A stretch of 64,000 nt of DNA from an uncultured bacterium (lineage in GTDB: Bacteria > Verrucomicrobiota > Verrucomicrobiia > Limisphaerales > UBA8199). The notes under the pieces are model-generated. The model had not been told where the DNA came from. It did no database searches and saw nothing but the letters and a program-made list of their open reading frames with translations. How positions within the stretch are numbered: position 1 is the first letter of the stretch; each line of letters starts with the position of its first letter. Positions 9,620 to 18,663 of the stretch are shown here, in pieces. A program made the translations under genes and the position numbers. The stretch lies in contig CAVVMW010000030.1 of assembly GCA_963749495.1 (NCBI GenBank), forward strand, positions 1-64,000, written 5' to 3'.

Positions 9620-10918
9620 TCCAAATGAGCATCGAACGCGAGCGTGCCTGCGACAACCTGGTCCTGAACGGGGGCTGCAAGGCCTCTGATTACGCCGCTC
9701 ACCTGCTGGACATCGCCCGGAACCTCCGGCGTGTGCCGCAGGTCCCAGCTATTGCCATGGCCCGCTCCTCACACCTGGAAGGGCGGATTGTCGCCATTGT
9801 GGATGCTTCCCGCGTCCGGCGCCCTCCGCGCACTGCGCTCGTGGGCCTTTGCTGTTTCGGCGCGCTGGCGTTCGTCGCTGGCATGGCCGCGCAGAAACCC
9901 CAGGCGTACTCTCCGCCTGCCACTTCCTATGCGGAGCCGTGGCTCGATGAAACGTCGGCAAAACCAAACTCGAACGCAGAGGCGGGTTCCCAGTCGGCGG
10001 TGAACGCGCAGGGGCTATCGGCCGCAGGCGCTCAGTCCCCGCTCACCGCTGAGAACCAGTTTACGGCCCCGTTTGCTGATTTCAAACGGCTGCTGTGCAG
10101 CACCGGACTGACCATCAAGTATCTTTCGCTGATTCGCGGGTGGATCAATGAGCCCACAAACTGGTCTTTTTATGAAGGGTCGTTGCAACCGCGCACATTC
10201 TATGTGAAGGAGACAATTAAGGCGAACGGCCGGACGATCACGAGCGTCGCGGGCGCGTCGTTTGACAATGTTTGGCGGATCTTGGACAACGGCCAGATTC
10301 ACGTCGCGGCGCCTGACACGAACAGCGGTCCTTCGGAGTTGGAAGAATCCATCAGACAAACGCATGCCGGAGTCCGCTGGTTAGTCGAGGAGACGTTCGA
10401 CCTGGGAATGGGGCGCCGGAAAAAGGATACCCTGCGATGGTTTGGAGGCGACAGGTTCGAAGCCTCCTGCGATGGAATTGTGCTGACCGACGGGAACGGA
10501 CACACGTTCCCCGGCCTGGGCACGCTTTCGGGCCGGCTCATCGGCAACGATCCACGGCGGCCCGATTCAATGGAATACGCCTTCAGCGGCAGGCCGGGGG
10601 TGAAGATCACAGTCAAATACCGGTACAGACAACAATGGGAACCGTCCGTTTTACGTTCCGCACTATATTGACACTACCGTCACGATGCGTGACCGGGGTC
10701 AAGTTTCGTTCGTCCGCAACAAGATTGAAAAACTGGTTCTGGGACGCGTCAAGGATTCAGCCCGCGGGTTCGAGTATTCCGATTTTGTCGGCCGTGGCAC
10801 GCAGTCCGCCCGCCCCAGTTTGGTTATCGCGCAACACGGGTTAACGGTTGTAGTGGACGGGAGTGGGACGCACGAAGTTTCAACGCCCGCTGAAAAGCGA
10901 AGTTTCAACGCCCACTGA
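9620..10918 (+). pseudogene. BlaR1/M56 peptidase C-terminal part joined to an unknown exported domain
   Basis: ERERACDNLVL..ASDYAAHLLDIAR..AMARSSHLEGRIVAI + TM; the HExxH region is missing; likely frameshift into 10685-10918. Confidence 0.65.
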
Positions 10919-11089
10919 AAAGTAGAAGTGGATTGTGCGGCGGCGATGGATGCCGCCGTGGCTCCGCAGGTGGCTCTGGCGAGGAAACGGGACCATGCTG
11001 GCCGGACCCCCGGCGTGTCGAAACCGGCCCGTTACGGGAAGCCCACCCCTGCCGGTCAAATGCCTTTGGCTGAACAGTTGCCGGACTCC

Positions 11090-11992
11090 TCAAGCGCTGG
11101 AGTATTTCCGGGACAGGGCCCTGATTTTCTCAATGAGCTTGGGCACGCCGGTGAGGGCATCCTCCTGGCCCTCGTATTCGGCGGACATGAAGCCCTGGTA
11201 GCCGCCCTTGGCGAAGATTTGCCAGACCCGGTCGAGATCCAGCGGGGTCCTGGGCTCGCCGTAGAAGTCGCGGATGTGCGTGTGCGTGGCAAAGGGCAGG
11301 CAGGCCTCGATCTGCTCGTAGGGGTGGTCGAGAAAGTTGCTGATGTCCAGGTTGCACCCGGCGAAAGGCGAATCGACCCGGCGCAGGATCTCGAGGATGT
11401 TGGCCGCTTTTTTGGAGAGACCGCCGTGCGTCTCGATGCCGAGAATGACGCCCTTCTTGGCGGCGTATTCGCAGGCGGGTTTCATGGTCTCAACCACCCA
11501 ATCAATCCCTTGCTGCTCGGTGGCCCCGGCGGGGCGCTTCTCCCCGAATACCCGCAGGTGAGATGCCCCGAGGAGTTCGGTGGCATCGACCCATTTCCGG
11601 ACCGTCTCCAGGACTTCCCCGCGTTTGGCGGGGTCCGGTTGGCAGAGATCGGCGCCGATGGCCAGGCCCGAAAAGGGCATCCCGTGGCGGTAGGCAAACC
11701 GGCGGAAGCCGGCCAGGTATCCCGGCTCGGTCAATTTGAGCCAATAGGTGGTGATGTCCGCTCCCAGGACACCCAGTTCCACGGCCTTGAGGATGAAATC
11801 CTCCATGGTCATTTTGCCTTTGCCCAGGTACGAGCCGTAGGAATAAGCGCAGCACCCAGGCAGAAGCCTGGCGCGGGAGGCCGGGGCGCTCGGGTCCGGC
11901 TGGGCCTGCGCGGCAAAGCCGCAGGCCAAGGAAGAAACCGAGGCCAGGCCCGTAGTCTTGAGAAAATCTCGGCGGTGAATTGGAGTGTGCAT
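11090..11992 (-). CDS. Tat-exported sugar phosphate isomerase/epimerase (xylose isomerase-like TIM barrel)
   Basis: RRDFLK Tat motif; LGIETHG, NLDISNF, HTHIRD, SAEYEG metal ligands. Confidence 0.9.
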   Translation of the reverse strand: MHTPIHRRDFLKTTGLASVSSLACGFAAQAQPDPSAPASRARLLPGCCAYSYGSYLGKGKMTMEDFILKAVELGVLGADITTYWLKLTEPGYLAGFRRFAYRHGMPFSGLAIGADLCQPDPAKRGEVLETVRKWVDATELLGASHLRVFGEKRPAGATEQQGIDWVVETMKPACEYAAKKGVILGIETHGGLSKKAANILEILRRVDSPFAGCNLDISNFLDHPYEQIEACLPFATHTHIRDFYGEPRTPLDLDRVWQIFAKGGYQGFMSAEYEGQEDALTGVPKLIEKIRALSRKYSSA

Positions 11993-12019
11993 TCGAGGAA
12001 TGAGGTTACAGCGGTTTGA

Positions 12020-12106
12020 CTAATACTCTTCGCTCAGCAGCTTGAGCTTCTTCAACTGCTCTTCCACGTAGTTGGTCAGCTTGACCTTGACAACCACTTT
12101 GCCCAT
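12020..12106 (-). pseudogene. N-terminal remnant, possibly clan AA aspartic-protease-like small protein
   Basis: MGKVVVKVKLTNY.. start, truncated after ~28 codons. Confidence 0.4.
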
Positions 12107-12159
12107 GCGGGCGAGGTTAAGCGCGCAGGCAGCGCGTGTCAAATGCCCAATTCGGAGCC

Positions 12160-12427
12160 GGGCGAGTAGAAGCGTCCGGCATGGGCCTCGGGAGTTATGT
12201 CCCGGAGGGACATCTGACAATAGCCCGGCGTTTCAACGCCGGGGAGGCGACAAAAGGGACCCTCGTCCCGAAGGGACGACTGAGAACACTCCTCGCTTTC
12301 AGCCGTCCCTTCGGGACGGACCTGCTCCTTGGGGCCACTCACCCGGCGTTGAAACGCCGGGCTATTGTCGGAAGCCCCTTCGGGGCAAGAAGGCGCGGTG
12401 GGCTGACCGGCGGTTTTAATCGCACCC
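12160..12427. mobile_element. ~270-bp composite MITE/REPIN (family A core), copy 1
   Basis: Reverse-complement homologue of 27788-28058; right end TTTTAATCGCACCC, left end decayed. Confidence 0.8.
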
Positions 12428-12666
12428 CGGAGATGGAGACCCTCCGGCTGGCGGTACGACCAGGGGACAATGGCAAAGCGACCGCCCGTTTGCTACATGT
12501 AAAGTGTTCTTTGAAAGACCGCGGAGAAAACAGATAAAACCCATCTCTGCGTTCTTTGCGTCTCTGCGGTTAAATGCACACTCCGAAGTCTCCGAGACGT
12601 CCTCGCGCTTCTTGCATGCGGGCGAAGAATTTGCGCAACCTGCGAAAACCCTTCTGGATATTTGAG

Positions 12667-12902
12667 TTGCTTGCAAGCCTGTTTGGAGCGATAACGATTG
12701 CTGCTGCCACCACGAGCCGCTGACTCGCTTCTGTTTCAGCCAACGACCCGCGCGCGGAAAACCCGTAAACCGGTATGGATTGCCAGCTTCCAACCTGGCG
12801 GAGGCAGGGTGAATGGTTTGGAGCCTTCATCCGACCGACTTTCACAATCTACGCCCGGCAGTTTTCTGGCGGTGAACCTCAACCTCTTCGAGAAAGGGCA
12901 AA
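12667..12902 (+). promoter_or_regulatory. Conserved long 5' leader, copy 1, with sigma70-like promoter
   Basis: TTGCTT-N17-GATAAC, then GCCGCTGACTCGCT..GCCAACGACCCGCG..CCAGCTT..GGCAGGGTGAA..TTCATCC, shared with 50697 and 53636. Confidence 0.75.
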
Positions 12903-15900
12903 ATGAACAATCCAATGTGTTTGACAGCGTGGGCGAGAAATGGTGGTGGCAGGGGCGTCCCGCCCCTGTTTCCTACGGGCGAGACGCCCGAGCCACAATT
13001 ATTCGGACACGCTCTGACGGTTTGCGCCCTGCTGCTGGCAGTCTCCAACCTCTCCGCGGCCACGCTCTGCGTATCGGCGGCGAGCACGAACCCGAGGCCG
13101 CCCTTCGCCACTTGGGCCACCGCAGCCACGAACATTCAGGATGCCGTGGACGCGGCCGCGGCAGGTGACGCGGTCGTGGTGGCCAACGGCACCTACGCCA
13201 CTGGCGGACGGGCGGTGGGAACAAACGTGCTGGCCAACCGCGTAGCGGTGGATAAGCCGCTCACGTTGACGAGCGTCAACGGGCCGACGGCCACCGCAAT
13301 CCTGGGCTACCAAGTGCCCGGCGTAGGCCACGGGAACCCAGGGGTGGGCCTGGGTCTGGGCGCGATTCGGTGCGTGTATCTGGCGAGCGGTGCCAGTCTG
13401 TCTGGGTTCACTTTGACGGGGGGCGCAACGCTGTCAATGGCAAGTGCCACTTGCCTCGACGACCTGAGCGGCGGTGGGGTGTGCTGCGCATCCCCAAGCG
13501 CCTTCCTCACCAACTGTGTGCTCTCGGAGAACTTGGCCTACGAGGGCGGCGGGGCGGTCGGGGGCACACTGAACCGCTGTGTGCTGACCGCGAACGGGGC
13601 CTACGAGGGGGGCACTGAGAGCCGGGGAGGCGGCGCTTACAGGGCCACGCTTAACAACTGCACGCTGACCGGCAACGGCTCTACATATGGCGGTGGGGCG
13701 AGTTGGAGCACGCTGAACAACTGCACGCTGACCGGCAACTTCATCAGCGGGGCGTGGAACTGCGCGCTCTACAATTGCATTGTCTATTTCAATCAGGATT
13801 CAGATTTGGGCGAGGCCGATGGCGCGGACGAAAGCAGCTTGAACTACTGCTGCGCGTCGTACATCTCCCCAACCAACGGTGTCGGCAACATCACCAACGC
13901 GCCGCTCTTCGTTGACTATTACACCGGCAACGTGCGACTGCAGCCCAATTCCCCGTGCATTGCCGCCGGGAACATTGCCTACGCCCCGGGCCCAGTGGAC
14001 CTGGACGGCAACCCACGCATCGTGAATGGCACGGTGGACATGGGTGCTTACGAGTTCCAAGGACCAAGCTACGGGCCGCCTGTTTTTGTTCGCCAGCCGG
14101 CCAGCCGGACGAATGACACTGGCACGACCGTTACGTTCAGAGTTTTCGCCGGCGGCTCCGAACCCCTGAGCTTCCAATGGCGCAGGGACGGGCTGCCATT
14201 GGCGGACGGAGGCAACCGCGCGGGGACAGGGACGGCGGTGTTGACGCTGACGAATGTGCTGAGGGCCGACGCCGGCGGCTACAGCGTGGTGGTGAGCAAC
14301 GGCTTTGGCAGCGTCACTAGCGCGGTGGCCACGCTCGCGGTCCTCGACCCCGCGATCGCCATTCAACCCGTGAGCCAGATCGGCCAATGGGGGCAGAGCG
14401 TGACGTTGAGTGTGACGGCAGTGGGGACGGCCCCATTGGGGTATCAATGGTGGAAGGACGGGGCGGCGCTGGCCTGGGGCACTGGGGCCTCCCTGACTCT
14501 GACGAATCTTCAAGCGGGCGATGCCGGCCAATACTACGTGGTGGTGAGCAACCAGTACCGGCAGCGCGACCAGCGCAGTGGCCCTGTTGGCCGTGAACCT
14601 GGGCACGCTGGACAGCGGGTTCAATCCGGGGGCAGACAGTTGGGTGTACTCCCTGGCGTTGCAGGCGGACGGGAAAATTCTGGTGGGCGGCCAGTTCACC
14701 ACGCTGGGCGGGCAGAGCCGCAATTACATTGGCCGGCTCAATGCGGATGGGACGCTGGACCCGAGCTTCAACCCCAGGGCAAACAGTGGCGTGGATTCCC
14801 TGGCGTTGCAGGCGGATGGGAAGATTCTGGTGGGAGGGACCTTCACCACGCTGGGCGGGCAGAGCCGCAATTACATTGGCCGGCTCAAGGCGGATGGGAC
14901 GCTGGACACGAGCTTCAACCCGCGGGCAGACGGTTCCCTGGATTCCCTGGCGTTGCAGGCGGACGGGAAAATTCTGGTGGGCGGCCACTTCACCACGCTG
15001 GGCGGCCAGAGCCGTAGTTGCATTGGCCGGCTCAATGCGGATGGGACGCTGGACCCGAGCTTCAACCCCGGGGCAAACAGTGGCGTGGATTCCCTGGCGT
15101 TGCAGGCGGATGGGAAGATTCTGGTGGGAGGGACCTTCACCACGCTGGGCGGGCAGAGCCGCAATTCCATTGGCCGGCTCAATGCCGATGGGACCGTAGA
15201 AACGGGCTTCAATCCGGGGGCAGACTATGCCGTGGAGTCCCTGGCGCTGCAGCCGGACGGGAAGATTCTGGTGGGGGGCGCCTTCACCACGCTGGGCGGG
15301 CAGAGCTGCGGTTGCATCGGCCGGCTCAATGCCGATGGGGCCCTGGACCCGAGCTTCAATCCGGGGGCGGGAGGAGTAGATTATTGTACTTACGTGTGTT
15401 CCCTGGCGTTGCAGGCGGACGGGAAGATTCTGGTGGGGGGCTACTTCACCACGCTGGGCGGACAGAGCTGCGGTTGCATCGGCCGGCTCAATGCCGATGG
15501 GGCGCTGGACCCGAGCTTCAATCCGGGGGCGGACTGGCCGGTGTTTTCGCTGGCGCTGCAGGCGGACGGGAAGATTCTGGTGGGGGGCGAGTTCACTACG
15601 CTGGGTGGGCAGAGCCGCACTAACATTGGCCGCCTGAACAACACGGCGCCCGCCACCCAGAACCTGATCTTGAACGGCTCGACCATCACCTGGCTCCGGG
15701 GCGGGACCAGCCCGGAGGTCTGGCGCACGACCTTCGACTTCTCGACCAACGGCGCCGACTGGGCCAGTCTCGGAGCGGGCGCGCGCATTCCCGGCCTGCC
15801 TGCCGGTCAGGCAGGAGGCTGGCAGTTGACCAGCGTGTCCCTGCCCTCCGCCAACGGCACCATCCGCGCCCGGGGCTATGTCACCGGCGGCCAGTACCAA

Positions 15901-16173
15901 GGTTCTGCCTGGTTTGTGGAAAGCGACCTCGTGCTGGGCGCTCCGCCGGTGATCCTGGTGAACGACCCAAGCTTTGGCTTCACCTCCAATCGCTTCGGGT
16001 TCAAGCTGAGCGGAGCCGCGGGGCAGGTGGTGATTGTGGAAACCTCAACCAACCTCGCAAGCTGGAAACCCGTGGCCACCAATACCATCGGCGCCACCCC
16101 GGTCTATTTCAGCGAACCCTATTCAGGCGATTTCCCCCAGAGATTCTACCGCCTGCGGAGCACCGCCCAGTAA
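12903..16173 (+). CDS. Large secreted protein: beta-helix/choice-of-anchor Q, 2 Ig, 7 delta-60 repeats, RFYRL C-terminal domain; +1 frameshift at ~14558
   Basis: DLDGNPRIVNGTVDMGAYE; Ig YQW..DAG.Y.VVVSN; 49-aa repeats LDxSFNPGA..LALQADGKILVGG.F. Removing one C in TACCGGC restores NQYGSATSAVAL and joins ORFs 12903 and 14578. Confidence 0.88.
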
Positions 16174-16241
16174 GTGCCCGTGCAAGAATTAATTCCAACT
16201 TTCCTGTCGGCGGACATAGCCAAAGCGTGGCCGTGGATCCC

Positions 16242-16288
16242 TGTCCCGAAGGGACATCCGAGAATAGCCCAATGCTTTAGCATGGGTT
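16242..16288. repeat. Partial REP family A
   Basis: TGTCCCGAAGGGACATCCGAGAATAGCCCA. Confidence 0.7.
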
Positions 16289-16368
16289 GGCGATGAATTT
16301 CAAGCCTGACAATCGCGTCTCGGTTGATTAAATTACGGCCATGAGTACCGACGGAAACGATTAATGCC

Positions 16369-16611
16369 ATGAGGGGCTTGACCGAAGAGCAGCGGCGGCG
16401 GGCGCTCCAGCTTAAGGCACAGATCGAAGCGATGAAGTCCGAGCTTGAGGCGATCTTGCGAGAACCCGAGACCCAACAAGGAACTGTGGACTTGCGAGCT
16501 CGGAGCATTGACGAAACCCAGGCCGCTGATCTTCGCGCCCGACTGAAAACCTTCTCCGAGGACTGGGATCGTCCCGAGACTGCCATCTATGATCAATCCC
16601 CGGCGCGGTGA
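16369..16611 (+). CDS. Putative antitoxin
   Basis: 80 aa, overlaps the toxin start; acidic tail LKTFSEDWDRPETAIYD. Confidence 0.7.
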   Translation: MRGLTEEQRRRALQLKAQIEAMKSELEAILREPETQQGTVDLRARSIDETQAADLRARLKTFSEDWDRPETAIYDQSPAR

Positions 16612-16942
16612 TGTGGTTCTGGTTCTGTTTCCCAATTCGGACCTCAGAACTGCGAAACGGCGTCCCGCCTTGGTGCTTCAGCGGGATGACCTCAACAGCG
16701 GCCTGCCGCAGACCATCGTCGCGATGATTTCCAGCAATCTCGCGCGACGCGGACATCCAAGCCGGGTCTTCGTGGGCGTAGCCTCAGCGGAAGCCAAGGC
16801 AGGCGGCCTGCGGCTCGATTCCGTCATCATGGCCGACAATGTTACAACGGTATTCGAGACCGAACTCGATGCGGTGCTGGGGCGGCTGCCAGATATGGCC
16901 GCCGTTGACTTGGCCTTGAAACATACGCTCGCGCTCCTATGA
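16589..16942 (+). CDS. mazF: PemK/MazF-family endoribonuclease toxin
   Basis: RRGDVVLVLFPNSD...KRRPALVLQ..IVAMISS..GLRLDSVI. Confidence 0.92.
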   Translation: MINPRRGDVVLVLFPNSDLRTAKRRPALVLQRDDLNSGLPQTIVAMISSNLARRGHPSRVFVGVASAEAKAGGLRLDSVIMADNVTTVFETELDAVLGRLPDMAAVDLALKHTLALL

Positions 16943-17030
16943 CCCGCGAGTTGGCGCGACGGTGGACTTGCCGCCTTGGAATTGGTGGGGACGGAATGAA
17001 CGGATGCGCGGGCGGCGGCGTCTATTCCAC

Positions 17031-18654
17031 ATGAAAACCAGTCGAAGACAGTTCCTCTATCGTACGACGGCAAGTTGCACCGCCGCGCTCGCGTTCCGCG
17101 AGGGCTTCCTCCACGCAGCAGAGCCGGCTTCTTCAACGGAAGTTCTGCCCGGTCAATTCACGGTTCACGCTTACGATGCCAAAGGGGAGCCGCTCCCGGA
17201 ATCAGCCTTGCAGGGCTTGTTCCTGTTTGAGGCCGGCGTGGACCGCAATCCGCTCCCGCATTCGCAACGCGAGGTATCGAGTGGTTGCGTGAGCGTCGAG
17301 GCGCCCGCGGGGCCTTTCGGCTGCTCGCTTGTGACGAAGGTGGATGGCTTCGGCACGGTGAGGTTGTATGCGGACGCGGAGGGCCGTGGATACCGCGCGG
17401 GGCAGCAGGTCGTCCTGAACCGCGAGTTGGCGTCGTCGCGCCTTGCCGCGGTGGACAAGGCGCTCGAGCAGGCGCGCCAGGAGGGCGCCGTGCTGCCGCC
17501 ACGAATCACCGGCCGAATGGAGCAAGGGCGGTCGCTGCTGCGCCAGGCGGATGCCGTGGCGGCCGACCCGAAGCGCGCAACGCCTTTGGCGATGGCATCT
17601 TTGCGCGAGTTGCTCTGGGCGGGAGAAGAGGTCGTTCTGGCCCGGGCAAGGCACGCTATCGGCCGGCGCGGTCCCCGCAAGGGCTTTCTCTTCGGCTGCA
17701 ACTTCTTCCAATACCCGGAGCAGGGGGAGGCCTACGCGGAGAAGTTCGCGGGGCTCTTCAATTTCGCAACCCTCCCGTTCTACTGGCGCAGTTTCGAGCC
17801 GGAGGAAGGCAAACCGCGCTTTGGCCCGGTGGACACGAGGTTGGCCCGCCTGGAGAAGGCGGGCATCACCGCCAAAGGCCATCCGCTGTGCTGGTTCCAC
17901 GAGGCGGGTTGCCCCGCGTGGATGCAGGGCCGCTCGTTCGAGCAATGGCGGGAAGAACACCGGCGGCGCATCACCGAGATCGTGAGCCGCTACCGGGGCC
18001 GCATTCGGGTCTATGATGTGATCAACGAGGCCCACGATTGGGGCAATGAGCCGCAGTTCTCCCAGGAGCAGTTGCTCGAGATGACGCGCCTGGCTGCCGA
18101 TGCAACGCGCGCCGCCGATCCGAAGGCCGTGCGTGTGGTCAACAACTGCTGCCTCTTCGGCGAATACGTTGCGGAAGGGGGCACCTACAAAGGCAAGCAA
18201 CCCCGGCCTCTGCGCACGCCGGTCCAGTACCTGCGCGCGGTGTTGAAGGCGGACGTGGACTTCAACGCCGTCGGCCTCCAGGTGTATTATCCCGAACACG
18301 ACCTGTTCGAGATTGCGCGGATGCTGGACCGCTTCGCCGCGCTGGGCAAGCCGATGCACGTCACGGAACTGGGCGTGTCTTCGAGGGCCGACCGCGATGA
18401 ACAGTCTATGGGCAAGGAACCCAGCCAATCGGTACTGGCACGGGCCGTGGAGCGAGGGCATCCAGGCCGACTGGATCGAGCAGTTCTACACACTCTGCTA
18501 CGCTCGTCCGGCAGTAGAGGCGGTGACTTGGTGGGACTTCTCGGACGCGGGCGGTCATTTCTGGGCGCACGGTGGATTCCTGCGCCCTGACGGCGAGCCA
18601 AAAGAAAGCTACGGGCGCCTGCAGCGGCTGATCCGAGAATGGACCGGGGCGTGA
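17031..18654 (+). CDS. Tat-exported GH10 glycoside hydrolase, frameshift at ~18425
   Basis: SRRQFL; KGHPLCW, YDVINE acid/base, HVTELGV nucleophile; C-terminus (VTWWDFSD..PKESY) lies in the frame of ORF 18313. Confidence 0.88.
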
Positions 18655-18663
18655 GGGGAGCTT

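Noticed and set aside
12710..12902. Known riboswitch (c-di-GMP-I/II, cobalamin, TPP, SAM)
   Set aside because: I could not find their core consensus motifs by eye; a cmscan run is needed to exclude them formally.
14551..14565. Programmed or phase-variable frameshift in the surface protein
   Set aside because: No slippery heptamer or homopolymer; a simple +1 C fits mutation or sequencing error.
14578..15640. Complete diversity-generating retroelement
   Set aside because: No reverse transcriptase or non-coding template repeat in the window, and many adenines are invariant; kept only as a hypothesis.
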